Positions 50,411 to 61,713 of a stretch of DNA of 64,000 nucleotides are shown here, piece after piece. Numbering within the stretch: position 1 is the first letter of the stretch; each line of letters opens with the position of its first letter. Source of the stretch: Camelus dromedarius (lineage: Eukaryota); assembly GCF_036321535.1 (NCBI RefSeq), contig NC_087438.1:6202001-6266000 (forward strand). Direction: 5' to 3'. The notes beneath the pieces were generated by a model. It worked only from the letters and a program-made list of their open reading frames with translations, was not told the origin of the DNA and searched no databases. A program made the translations under genes and the position numbers.

Positions 50411-52604
50411 ACTAACTCAGCATCGCCCCTTCCTCAACACTGCCGTGGGGTATGTCCTGGAAATGCAGGGCCCACGGCACAGAGAGGTCAGGCCGCAGAG
50501 GGGATGTGTGGGAGCAGGACTGGCCCCTGGCAGGCCGAACCCAGGACAGGCACACGGTTCAGGGTGTCATGGAACTTTCATCACATCAGTAAAAGTCGCG
50601 TGGGGAGCTTCTCATTGACCAAGAAAGATTGGCTCACGGGAAGATCAGACAAATACCGAAAAGCTTAGATCCATGTTTCTTTCTGGGAATCAAAGCAATT
50701 AACTATAGGAAATTATCTTTGATCAAATGAAATTTATGGATTAAGTCATTTGAGAGAAGAAGATTAAAAATTCTGGTTCTAGCTGAATACACCACCCACT
50801 ACAGTAAAATCTAAATAAAAAGTACAATGACTCGCAATGGAAAGAGCAAAGTAAAACTAAGGAATGTCCGAGTGTCAGGCATCCCGTGGGCTGGCAGAGA
50901 CAGAAAGGCCTACACTTACAGTCCTGCACGTCGTGGGGATGTTTGATACCGACTCCCCAGTGCACCGAGGCCCGGGCCACCCCGGTCTTCACTGAAGGAC
51001 AGCTGTGCTCTGGGCTCCTCTGAGGATCTCCGAGCAGAAGTTTCCTGCACCAGGCTCCCCCGCCACCCCAAACCCCAGCAGCCTCAGGGCTCCTTTAGGA
51101 CAGAACCAATGTCTTAAGTTCCTTTTTGGTCACCTGCAGTTTACAGAACACAGTGTGGACTCAAGGATTTCATGGACAGAGAGGTAAGCACACCGCAGGG
51201 GCCTAACCAAGGTTAGCCGCCGAACACGCACCTGTCTGAATTCACGGCTTAGATTCAGAAGTTTCCCTTCTGTGAGATTCTCAGTCACGGTTCCTTCTTC
51301 CTCAGGCTTACTGTCTTCCTCGCAAAGAAGAGCTACATTATTTTATGGGATTGTAACATTACTTAGCAACAAAGAACCATCTGCTGTCTCTACCTTTGTC
51401 AGCCATGGTCTGGAATCAGTTCTGAACCAAACATGAGCTGAGGAAAAGGAGTGAAGGAGAAAGGCCCGCCATTTCTCCGTGACGGAGGTAGCATGCAGGT
51501 GAAGGTCCGAGTCAGACCAACCACAGAAGATGAGTAAGGATCAGGGGCTCAGCTCTAAACCCTTATGGCAGCATTTGATACACATCAGAATTGGAGATCA
51601 AAACCATCACTGATTAATTTAAAAAGTATTTTACATTTCTCTGGTCTTAGATTTATTTTCAAACTTAAGCATAATGAGACAACTTATTTTTAAATAAAAT
51701 ATGGTGCCCATTTGTAACTGTTTATTGTGGACCCAACAGGATGAAGGAGGAGCGGATTCAGAGGGAGGAAAGCGTCCCCAGTGAGGCAAAAACAGCCCTG
51801 TAACTGGCGGGGCAGCTCAGCACCCACGGCCCTGAGAGCCTCCCACCTCTCCTTGCCGAGTTACATCCTGTCTTGTGTCAGGAATTTTCTAGGGGGTGGG
51901 GGAGAAATCGACATTTGCCCCTCTCAGCCCCCTGAACTCATCCATTCCCAAGGGGCAAGTGAGGAGGCCACTCTGACTGTTTCCACAACCCTCTGTGGAA
52001 TCTTGGCTTTCAAAAAGAAAATGAAGACAGAGCTATTTCAAGACATTAAGGTTATGTATACATGATACTGGCCTGACCATCAAATCAACTAAAATAAAAA
52101 CAGCCGCTAGATCATGTTAATGAGATGTCTCTGAGACGCATCTGTCTGAGCCTGGGTCTCAGGGACCAGGGCAGCATCTAAGCGTCTCGAGGAGTCTGCA
52201 CGTTCTGCTGACGGCAGTGAGGACGTGCGTGTGGAGCCGGGGAGGAAGAGTGCATGGGTGGATGCTCACGTTGCCAGGATGGCCCCCCAGCCCCACTTTA
52301 CTGCATGGATCCCAGTCTAATAATGTTGCCCCACAGGCTCTCTCTCAGCCCCTGGGAAGAGTCCTTACACTGTCCATGCTGGGGCTGTGGGAAAGAAACG
52401 GCTCTGTGACCTTTCCCAGCCCGCAGGCATCACTTGGCCAGGAAAGCTGGGCAGTTGGGAGGGAAGAATCTCAGGAGGCTGGAGAAATTCAGGCAGAGAC
52501 AGCCGAGGAGGAGCTGAGCAGCTGGAGGAGCAGGGGCATTATTGGGAGTCTCAGAGACAAAGCCGGGAACTGTGTATTTTCAGTTTAACGTACATGTTTA
52601 TTAG

Positions 52605-52697
52605 TTCATCCATCTATCCACCCATCTATCCATCCATCTATCTCTCCACCAATCCACCCATGTACTCATTCATCCAACCATCTATCTATCCATCCAA
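52605..52697. repeat. Degenerate (TCCA/TCTA)n tetranucleotide repeat
   Basis: Seen directly. Confidence 0.85.
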
Positions 52698-53807
52698 CAG
52701 ATGCTCGCTAAGCCCTGCTATGAGCCAGTTCCTTGCTTAAGGAACTCAGAACATTGTTTGCACCTACAGAAAAGGATGTGGTACTTGCAGGCTTCTGTGC
52801 CTTTAAAAGCGCTGCGCACAGCACTGGGAATTATCCTCTTTCTCCATCCTTGCCCATCTGTATGGCCAACTCTTATTTGTCCCTCCAGACTCAGTCCAGG
52901 GGCAGCTTGCTCAGGGCCACGATCCCAGCTCAGTGGGTCCCTGGCTGATGGAGCCACTACATCGTCTCATCAGCCCAACAGCTGTGACCACACTGGGTTG
53001 ACATTATTCACAGGATGCTTGCTCACTAAACTCTTAAGTTCCATTCTGACCTGGTTCTCACCACCGCAGCTCTGTTTACTCCGAGTGGCACAGAATGGGT
53101 GATCCAAAAATGTTTGCTGAAAAACGGAATGAACGAAGAAAGGAAGATCAAGCAAGCCGCTGCTCATTTTCCCACCACTCACAACCATCCCTGGCGCTGT
53201 GTGAGCCAGGCCCGCACTGGGAGCTGCGGACACTGCAGAGAGCGGGAGGGTCACGGCAGCCCCTGCCCCCCTGGAGCGCTCACTCTGACCAAAATCGAAG
53301 GTAGGCTTCTGGTGGGTCACCGCTGATGACTGTCACTCACCAGAGTGGTATGTGACATACTCTGTGGTATGAACGGAGGCCCGTTCCTGGAGGGCTGGGC
53401 CCATCAGAGTCTGGGAGGGGCCAGCCTCCAGTTTCAAGGACACGACAGATCACTCCAGACCATGGTACCACAGCCCACTTCTCCATGAGGTACAGTGCCT
53501 GGAGCCCACCATCCCTTACAGGGGCTCCGAGAATGCTTCAGTTTCTTTTAAATCAGAAGAAATAGATGAATATAATCCAGTTTAGGTTATATCTGTCCTT
53601 ATACCAGTGCAGTTGGTATAAAGACAAATATATAATTTAATAAATATAAATCTATCTATATTATTTATATTTCTATATTATATATAGAAATCTATCTATC
53701 TATCTATCACAGATTGTACCTCAAACATAAAGCCACGGAATCTGAGAGAGGAGGTCTTCCAAGGCCCTTGGTGTTTACATCCGTTCGAGATCACTCAGTC
53801 CACGCAC

Positions 53808-54026
53808 CTGGACAAGGCAGAATGTTGCACTCCTGGTATTCCAAGGCCGGGCCCAGGCAAGGCATGCCCCCGTACTTGGGCTCAGGATTGTTGCAAACTC
53901 GCTTCCGGTTCCGAATGCCCCGGCTGCAGTCTCGGCTGCACTGGGACCACGATGTCCAGGCTGACCAGGCCCCATTGACGGTGTGGGCAGAGTACCTCCC
54001 AGCTCGCAGGAAATCCCCAGAAAGAC
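53808..54026 (-). CDS. SEMA5A: SEMA5A coding exon, 219 bp; TSP1 repeat
   Basis: (G)LSGDFLRAGRYSAHTVNGAWSAWTSWSQCSRDCSRGIRNRKRVCNNPEPKYGGMPCLGPALEYQECNILPCP. Has the WSxWxxWSxCS and RxRxC TSR motifs. Acceptor CAG, donor GTGCGT, phase 1-1. Lies inside ORF 53791..54045. Confidence 0.97.
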
Positions 54027-55119
54027 CTGCCAAGGAAATGGCCAAAGGCAGACTGTGTTAGGAGTTCCCAGAGTGGTCGAAGTTCAAAGGAATGTTCATT
54101 CTGGATCCACTGTCTGCTTTGCTTCTGCACCTACACTCTGAGAAATCAGCTGAACACTTTTCCTACTTTAGAAGCAAAGAAAGAAAAAAAAATTGTACTT
54201 CGGGTGATAATCTCCTATAGCTCAATCTTCTTTCTCTGCAATTGCTATTAAATAGGGGAGCAGCCAAGAACTGTTTGTGAATGTGGCAAAGTCCTTATAC
54301 AAGTAACAGGGTTATTGTGATAGGGGACTTACTGTTCTGAGAAATTCCTTACAAAGAAGATACGCCTTTCTCACTTCCTTTGGAAATTCTGCAACAAACT
54401 GCTCGTGCAACTCACGTTCATTTTGATGAAAATGCCTACTGACTTACAATTAAAAAAGACTCAGTCATTTTCTCAGTGTAGGCAATGTGACAGAAGTTTT
54501 AACAAAAACATCTCAAAGTATGCCACCAAGTCCTGGGGACGGGTGAGAAGGCCGATGTGTGAACAGTCCGAGCCACTGTTCAAAGTTCCTTTTCGTTTGC
54601 TTGAAAACTCTGGCTCAGAAACTGAGGCGGGATGCTCTTCAGAGAAAATGGATTGGAAAACCTTTTCCTGGGATGAGCCAGTACTTTGTGGCTAATCAAT
54701 AAAGAACACAATTTAGTCTCAGTTTGTGTGGTCGGAGGCAAACAAGCCCCATTTTGTACTCTCAGGATATCAATACCAAACCCTGTGGATGATCATTAGA
54801 ACCTGAAGCCATTAAGACACAAGAAAGATGAAGCGCTTTTTATCCACGCCTACGATGTAATTTTGGAGGAAACAGAAGATATACACATGTATATCAGCAC
54901 TGGCCTTAGCTTAGACTGCTATCGTTTAAAATAATATTAGCTTTGGTTTTGTATACACCTGAATGGAAGGATTTAAAAATATATGTTCAGAAAAGAGAAT
55001 AAACTTAATGTATAAGGAAAGGCTGTTATTCATTTTCTCTTTTTTTCTTAACGTTGAATGATGGCACACAAAGCTCACAGCCTGCTCTGAAATAAGGGGG
55101 TAAGTGACTGAGTTGGAGA

Positions 55120-55340
55120 CAGGGTCATCAGGTTTAGCAAACAAAACACATGCTGTTCAGTTAAATTTTAGTTTCAGATAAATAAGAAATAAGATTTTAG
55201 GATAAATATGTACCAAATATCGCATAGCATATACTTACTAAAAAAAAAAGCCTCATGAGATATGCTTACACTAAAAAAATTCTTAAAAATGTCTGAGATT
55301 CACATTCAACTGGGCATTTTGTACTTTATCTCACAGCCTA
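55120..55340. mobile_element. MER53 palindromic hAT-type MITE with an internal duplication
   Basis: cagggtcatcaggtttagcaaa...cagttaaattttagtttcagataa...tctgagattcacattcaactgggc...tttatc...ccta. The arms are self-complementary and match MER53 as recalled. Confidence 0.8.
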
Positions 55341-56909
55341 ACGAGATGACAAGGCCATTCCTCGTGGTATTTAGATCTTTAAAATGGGCCTTAAGTTGTC
55401 TGTCTCTTGGTATTCCATCATATGCCTTGCTCTTCTCACTAAAGCAGGATTTTACAGAATTAATCGGAGCGAATATCATTTTGCTTGATTTTCTAGCTGG
55501 TGGGTGTTTATTTCTCTGAGTTAAATTGTAGACTTAATCACACCAAATTCTTCACTAAAGCAGACGGTTTTTTTCCCAAGAAACAATGAACAAGCTTGTA
55601 TGGTTGCTGAACTACAGCGAGCAGAACAGTTTGAGGTCAGGAGTCAGTTAATGTCCGTGAGAATATGACCAGGAGTGGACCTTGAGGGCAACTGTTGGGC
55701 CTCCAAGCATCCAGGCTGGCAGCTCCAAGCTGCCCTGGGTGTTCAGCAGCTCCCAGGAGGAGTCACCGAGATCCGTGACATTTGTGCAGCCCTCCCCCAG
55801 AGCCATGCTACATAAGAGGTTCCTTCTGGCAACATGGGAGGGAGTTCATGGCACCAACATGAACTTATCCCTTCACGTCAGCCCAACATGGCAACTCACC
55901 AGCGCTGTGGTTCTTCAAGGCCAACCACTCTGGGTAAACCTAAAGCTCCTTCTTAAAAATGACTTTGGTGCTGACTGGCTTTCTAAATCACAGCTACGTT
56001 GGGAGAATCAGGTAGGATCATAAATATAAAAGGGAGAGAAATGTTCAAGTGTTCTAGTGCAAGACGTTACTACTCCTGTTCTCATCAAGTTGTGCTCCAA
56101 GAACCTTCTGTGAGCACTTATCTGCTTCTTAGAATTGGACAGGTTTTGTTAAGTTAGATGAGAATGACAGGAGAGATAAAGAAGGAGATGACAGGAGAAG
56201 ATTCATTTCTGCTTTTAAAGAAGGAAGAAATGAATCTTTGTGGGATGGCCAGCCTCCCGCACTTTCCTGCAGTTAAGACACATGAGCTCCAGGGGGAGCA
56301 AGTGAGTAGCCTGAGGTGAGCTGACCAGTCAGCATCAAGGCCAGGCAGGGAGAGCACCTGCCTGTCCACGTCTGGGCTCTGCCTACATGAGTCATATGGC
56401 ATTGAAGGGATTTATATGACTGCAAGGGGCAAAGGAATTTCAAAGACTATTAAAGGACCACATGTACTTTTTAACAGAAAGATGCTTTTATGGCTATAGA
56501 GATGCACTTCTGTTGTCTTTGTCCAGTTCTGAGATTAAAAAAGGAAAAGCTTATTGGCAGCCGACCTTTCAGAGCCAGAAGAACTCTGGAAGGACGCTGA
56601 GCCTTCCTCAATATATTTTCTGATACTAAATAAAGTTCCCATGAACTATTCTTGACCTACTAAAAATACAGTGTTATTTCAAGGGTTGAAGAAACAGGAC
56701 CACCTCAACATGGAACTGTGTTTTTATAGTAATGATCTGACCCATCCATTTGTTGTAAAGCCAGTTCTGCTCTAGAGAGACTGTTGTTATAAAGATTGTT
56801 CTAATCAAAAGGAAATTCCACCCGCCCCCCAGGCTCTTCTCTGAACTCAGAGCTGAGCTGGAACGCCTGCTTGTGGAAGTGGCTCAGTCCCTACGGAGTC
56901 GCCACTCAC

Positions 56910-57135
56910 CGTCGGTGGAGCAGCCACTGGTCCCGTCACTGGAACAGTACCGCATCTCAATCCTCTGTCTTCCCACTTCCAGCAAGTTGGGATCAGGCAG
57001 GCGGGCCTTGCACGTGTATCGAAATCTCTGCTCGTAATGGCCCCCGTTGTCCGAGATGTTGACGGGTGTCCAGGGCGTCCAGGGCGTGGTCTTCTTCAGC
57101 TCCGGGCACGGGTTCGTATTACAAGGCTGGTACTC
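56910..57135 (-). CDS. SEMA5A: SEMA5A coding exon, 226 bp (probably orthologue of human exon 17); thrombospondin type-1 repeat region
   Basis: Hand translation: EYQPCNTNPCPELKKTTPWTPWTPVNISDNGGHYEQRFRYTCKARLPDPNLLEVGRQRIEMRYCSSDGTSGCSTD(G). Acceptor CAG at 57138-57136, donor GTGAGT at 56909-56904. Phase 0 in, phase 1 out. Matches the semaphorin-5A sequence as recalled. Absent from the ORF track in this frame. Confidence 0.96.
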
Positions 57136-59899
57136 CTGGAGGAGACAAGGCAGAGCATGAGCATCTCAGACGGCAGAAATAGAGCCAGGGGCTTCCTTCC
57201 TTAAGTGAAAGACAGGGCTCTTCCAGACTTCAGATCCTGACACCCAGCAGCCACTCCACAAAGTTAAAAGCACGCTGTTTGTCAGATTGGGCATTGAAGA
57301 AAACGCTCAGTGTTCAGGTTAACTGCAAAAGGAATCTGCGTGGTTTCTGTGCCAACAGTGAGAATGAGACAATAAATGTAACTGTATGTGGAAAAAAAAT
57401 GGTGATCCCCGAACAGTCTTTCACTTAATAAGTGACCGAAAATGCTGATTATTCTGATGTTAAGTTTAGTTGTTTTTTTAAAAGATTATAGTTACAATGA
57501 TGGAACCAGAATTTGCTTTTTGGGGCCACATTATGTTGAGTTTGAGATTAATGAATAGTTTCAGCCCTGAGATCACAGATTCAAAGTGTTAAGACGGCAG
57601 CTATCCACATGACAACACAACATATGATAACTTAATCTACAAGAAATTTTTACAAGATTTCTCTGGTTAATACCTTGACGGCATGTCTCAATCTCACCTC
57701 CCTTTCCTCAGTACCAGGTTCCTCCCTTACAAACATAGGTGGGAGGACCCTGGCAAGTGGGGCATGCCATTTCTGGGTGATGGAATTTAGGACTATAAAT
57801 TTAGGATGGTTAATTTGGCAAGAATTGTTATTCTTCAGCAACGAGGCCAAATCTACGGAGGCCACAGTCTGACCTTGAGCACAGCCCTAGATCACAGTCC
57901 TTCTATTCGATAATAAAGGATGTCTCATGAGAGGGAAAACTCACAACCCATAATACACCCAATTACGGCCATGCTTTTAAAATAATTTTACCAATGCTAA
58001 ACATGCATATAAAGTAGGAGTTAACTCTCTAAGATTTATTAGGAAAATGCTGCCCCCAACCCTTTCAGTTCCATATGCGGATATTTATCCCATCGAGCCA
58101 CAAGAAGCATCTTCCAGTAGCAGGCACCGCCCCTTATCCAAGCCCTAAGGAAAGGGATTCAGCTCTTTACTCCGTACCCCGCTCCCTGTGTCTCCCGCAC
58201 TGATGCAGCCTTCCCATCTCCCACCATGCGTGCTGCACTCCTGGTTCCATCCAAACCCAGCGTTCACACTTATCGCTAGATGAACCCCATCCGCACCTGA
58301 GCGGTGTGGAGAATCGATGGATTTCTGTTCCGTGTCCAACCCCCTTCCAGCCCAAGCCCAGGGCTCTCCTGCTTTGTGAGGGTGGTTGTCCAGTTGCTAT
58401 GAACTTGCCATGAGTTCACCCCTCCCGTCAGATATGTGGATGCGGTAAGAACTGTGTTACTTGGTTCATGCTTTTCAAAATAAAACTGCCTCAGAAACGC
58501 TGTGTAAATGAGTTCTCAGCAGGAGAGAAAGTAGCCACATGTGTCCACAGCAGTAGCTTTAACTGGAAGCCCTATTAAAACTTTATTTTGTCATGATTTC
58601 AGTGACTCGAACTAGTTTTACTGACTCAGAATCCATCTTTCAAAAATGCTTACAAGGAACAATACTCAGGACTCTTCATGTTTGTGGCTTCATAGGAGTC
58701 GTTGCAGGAAATACGTAAGTGATCATCACTGCTTTTTTCAATGCCTCTCGCATTCCTTCCCGGGCCCACACGGCCGCCCTCACCTCCACACCAGCACGCA
58801 CTGCAAGACAGATGACTGCATTTCCCTCTGTTCACAGCATCTTTTATTATAGCATCTTTTGGATGCTGTCCTTTAAATGAAAAAAATTAGCTCCAATGAA
58901 TGCCATAAACACGATCGTGTGAAAGACTAGACAATGAAATGGAGACCATGAGACAGGAATGCAATAAAGCGGCTCTGGGACCTTCCAGGCCCGCAGGGTG
59001 GCAGCACGGTCAGCCCCAGACTGAAAAGGTCGCGTGTCTTCCTCCACCGCTCGGCACCAGCCTGGCTGTCCAGGGGCTCCTTGCCGAAATGGACCGAAAG
59101 CTGTGCTTAACGACGCTGCTTAAAAAGCGCGGGTCTTGAGGCGTTCACAACTTGGACAGCACGTGCAAAACAGTGCGATCCCACGTCTCGGTAAACAATC
59201 CCAGAGGACACTCCCAGCAGTCCTGAGCTTCCTTACAACTAGAACTTTCACCTCTTCTGTGGAGATAAAGTTTTGTTTTTGAAATAGATGAGTGGAACAT
59301 ATATTTTAAAGCTGGCTCCAGTGCCTGGGTTGGCCTCTGTGTGCTGGTGACATGCTCAGCAGGGCAGGGTGGGGGTTCACGTGTCCCAGACGTGGGCACA
59401 CCTCAAGGGGGAAGAAGATCAATTCTGGCTCCTTAGACCTAAACCTCCGATAACACAGTCTGTTCTTATGTCCCTTTATCTCCTCGTTGTACAAAATCCA
59501 ACTTGAGTCTCAGGACTCCTCTTTTCAACAGCTTTGGAAGATTTCATTATGATGCATTCATCTGAAATATCCAATTATGAAATGCTGAGGAATAGTATAA
59601 GTGACCTGTTTGATAGTAATGACCTGAATCATAAAGTGATTCAGTTCAATGGTGAGTAGTTGTAAGGCGTAACAGAACCCGTGTGCTGCAATTTACTGAG
59701 GACCCACTGCTGGAAGTCAAATAGAAAGACTGTGATGACCCAAGTGAAGCCAAATCTGAATATAATTGAGTGGCGTTACATTAATGCTAAGAAAGAATTT
59801 ATTCTAAAGGTGATTTCAGGGAACTAACTACTATCACCTGCCACAAAGGATTCTTAATATTCTGGTGGAAAACAGCAGATAAGAATGGTCACTAAATTG

Positions 59900-60595
59900 G
59901 TCCCCCTTCTGCTGTCCATCCAAGGGAATTAAAACCAGGATCTCACAGAGGTGTCTGCTCTACTATGTTCATTGCAGCATTACTCACAACAGCCAAGATA
60001 TGGAAACGACCTAAGGGTCCAATAACATATTAACGGATAAAGAAGATCACACACGCACACACACACACACACACAGTGGAATATTACTCAGCCATGAGAA
60101 AGAAGTAAACCCTGCCATTTGCAACAACTTGGCTGGACCTTGAGGGTATTATGCTAAGTGAAATAAGTCAGACAGAGAAGGATAAATTCTATACGATTTC
60201 ACTCATAGGTGGAATCTAACACTGACAAACTCAGAGAAACACAGAGTGGAGTGGAAGTTACCAGGGGTTGGGGGTTGGGGGGTTGGGAAAACGGTGGTCA
60301 AAGGGTACAAACGTCTAGTTTTATAAGATTAGTAAGTACAAGGAGCTAATGTACAGCATGGTGATTATGGCTAATAATACTGTATCATATACTTGAATGG
60401 CGCTGAGACAGTAGATCTTAAACCTTCTCACCACAGAAAAGAAATGGTAATTATGTACCAGGTTGGAGGTGGTAGCTAATGCTATGGTGGTCATCATTTT
60501 GCAATTTATAAATGTATCTAATCAACACAGTGTGCACCTGAAACCTACACAATGCTATGTGTCCATGATCTCTCAATAAGGCTGAGAAAAAAATA
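59900..60595 (+). mobile_element. L1MA9-like 3' fragment with internal (CA)n and a G-rich tract
   Basis: tatgttcattgcagcattactcacaacagccaagatatggaaac...ctcaataaggctgagaaaaaa; (CA)n at ~60048-60074. Confidence 0.87.
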
Positions 60596-61599
60596 AAAAT
60601 GAAGACAACAGCAAAAGGGCAAAAAAAAGGGTCAAGAACAACAAAGGGAAAAAAAAGCGTGATAACTAAAGCAATTTCAAACGATTCTCCAAATGCGTTG
60701 CCTGTGTTTCCTCTGTCCCAGTCAACAGTGATAAAACCACACATTCAAAAGTTTAATATGAAAATCTGGGGGGGCTCCCTGCTGGTCTCCCTCACTTCTA
60801 GGCCAAGTCCTAGAGACATGGCTTCTGGGGCTCTTTCTCTCCTCCCCACCTTAACTGTCTCTTCTAACTCAGGCCACCGGCATCTCAGGCCTGTTTCACA
60901 GACTCAATGCACGTATTTCACCGACATTTGTGTATTTATAATTCTGCCTCCACCAACAGACTGCAGAATTGTCAAGAGCAAGAACTCTGCCATATTTATC
61001 TTATATTAGCAATCTTAAGTATAATAATACTAACTTTTGATGACTGGATAAGTCATATCGATCAATTCACAAATAAACCCATTCTGGTGGAATTTGCATA
61101 AACTTGGGGAAAAAATAGATGGCTAAGCAGGGCTCTCCTTGTTTTGCTGTTTATTATTCCTCTGAGGAAACAAAAATATCTCATAGTCTATAAGTTGAAA
61201 GTGAAATAGATAAATGGTGACAATCCAAGCAGAACGTTGATACCATGTGTTTGGCACAAAGTAAGAAAATCACGCTTAAAGGGATTTTATCAATGGATGA
61301 AGGTATGAACTAAATCTATTCTCGTATGGAATACTCATGGCTTACATATTCACTTATCAAATTTTCTTTCAGTAACTAAGTGCGTCACACAAGACAGAAA
61401 GCCGTTCTGCATAAGAGAAACAAGGAAGTGTCGCAATTGTGCTTGCAAGGGGCCAAAGCACCGAAGCACGTGCACAGACATCAATCTGTGATCCCAGGAG
61501 CCTGTGGAGACAGAGCAAAGATTGACAGGAGGTCTAGGAAATCAGTTTAGTGATCCCAGCAAGAAAGGGAAGGAAAGGGGGATAATGCACTCAAGATTG

Positions 61600-61674
61600 T
61601 GATGTCACAGAATGACCTCTGCTTCCAACCAAGCTGGGCAACAAAATGGAATTAACTCTTCCACCAAAAACAAC

Positions 61675-61713
<39 letters not shown>

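Noticed and set aside
50346..50618. Poly-methionine ORF
   Set aside because: Artefact of the (GAT)n microsatellite.
57071..57088. 9-bp direct repeat cagggcgtc/cagggcgtg
   Set aside because: It simply encodes the TPWTPW motif of the SEMA5A exon.
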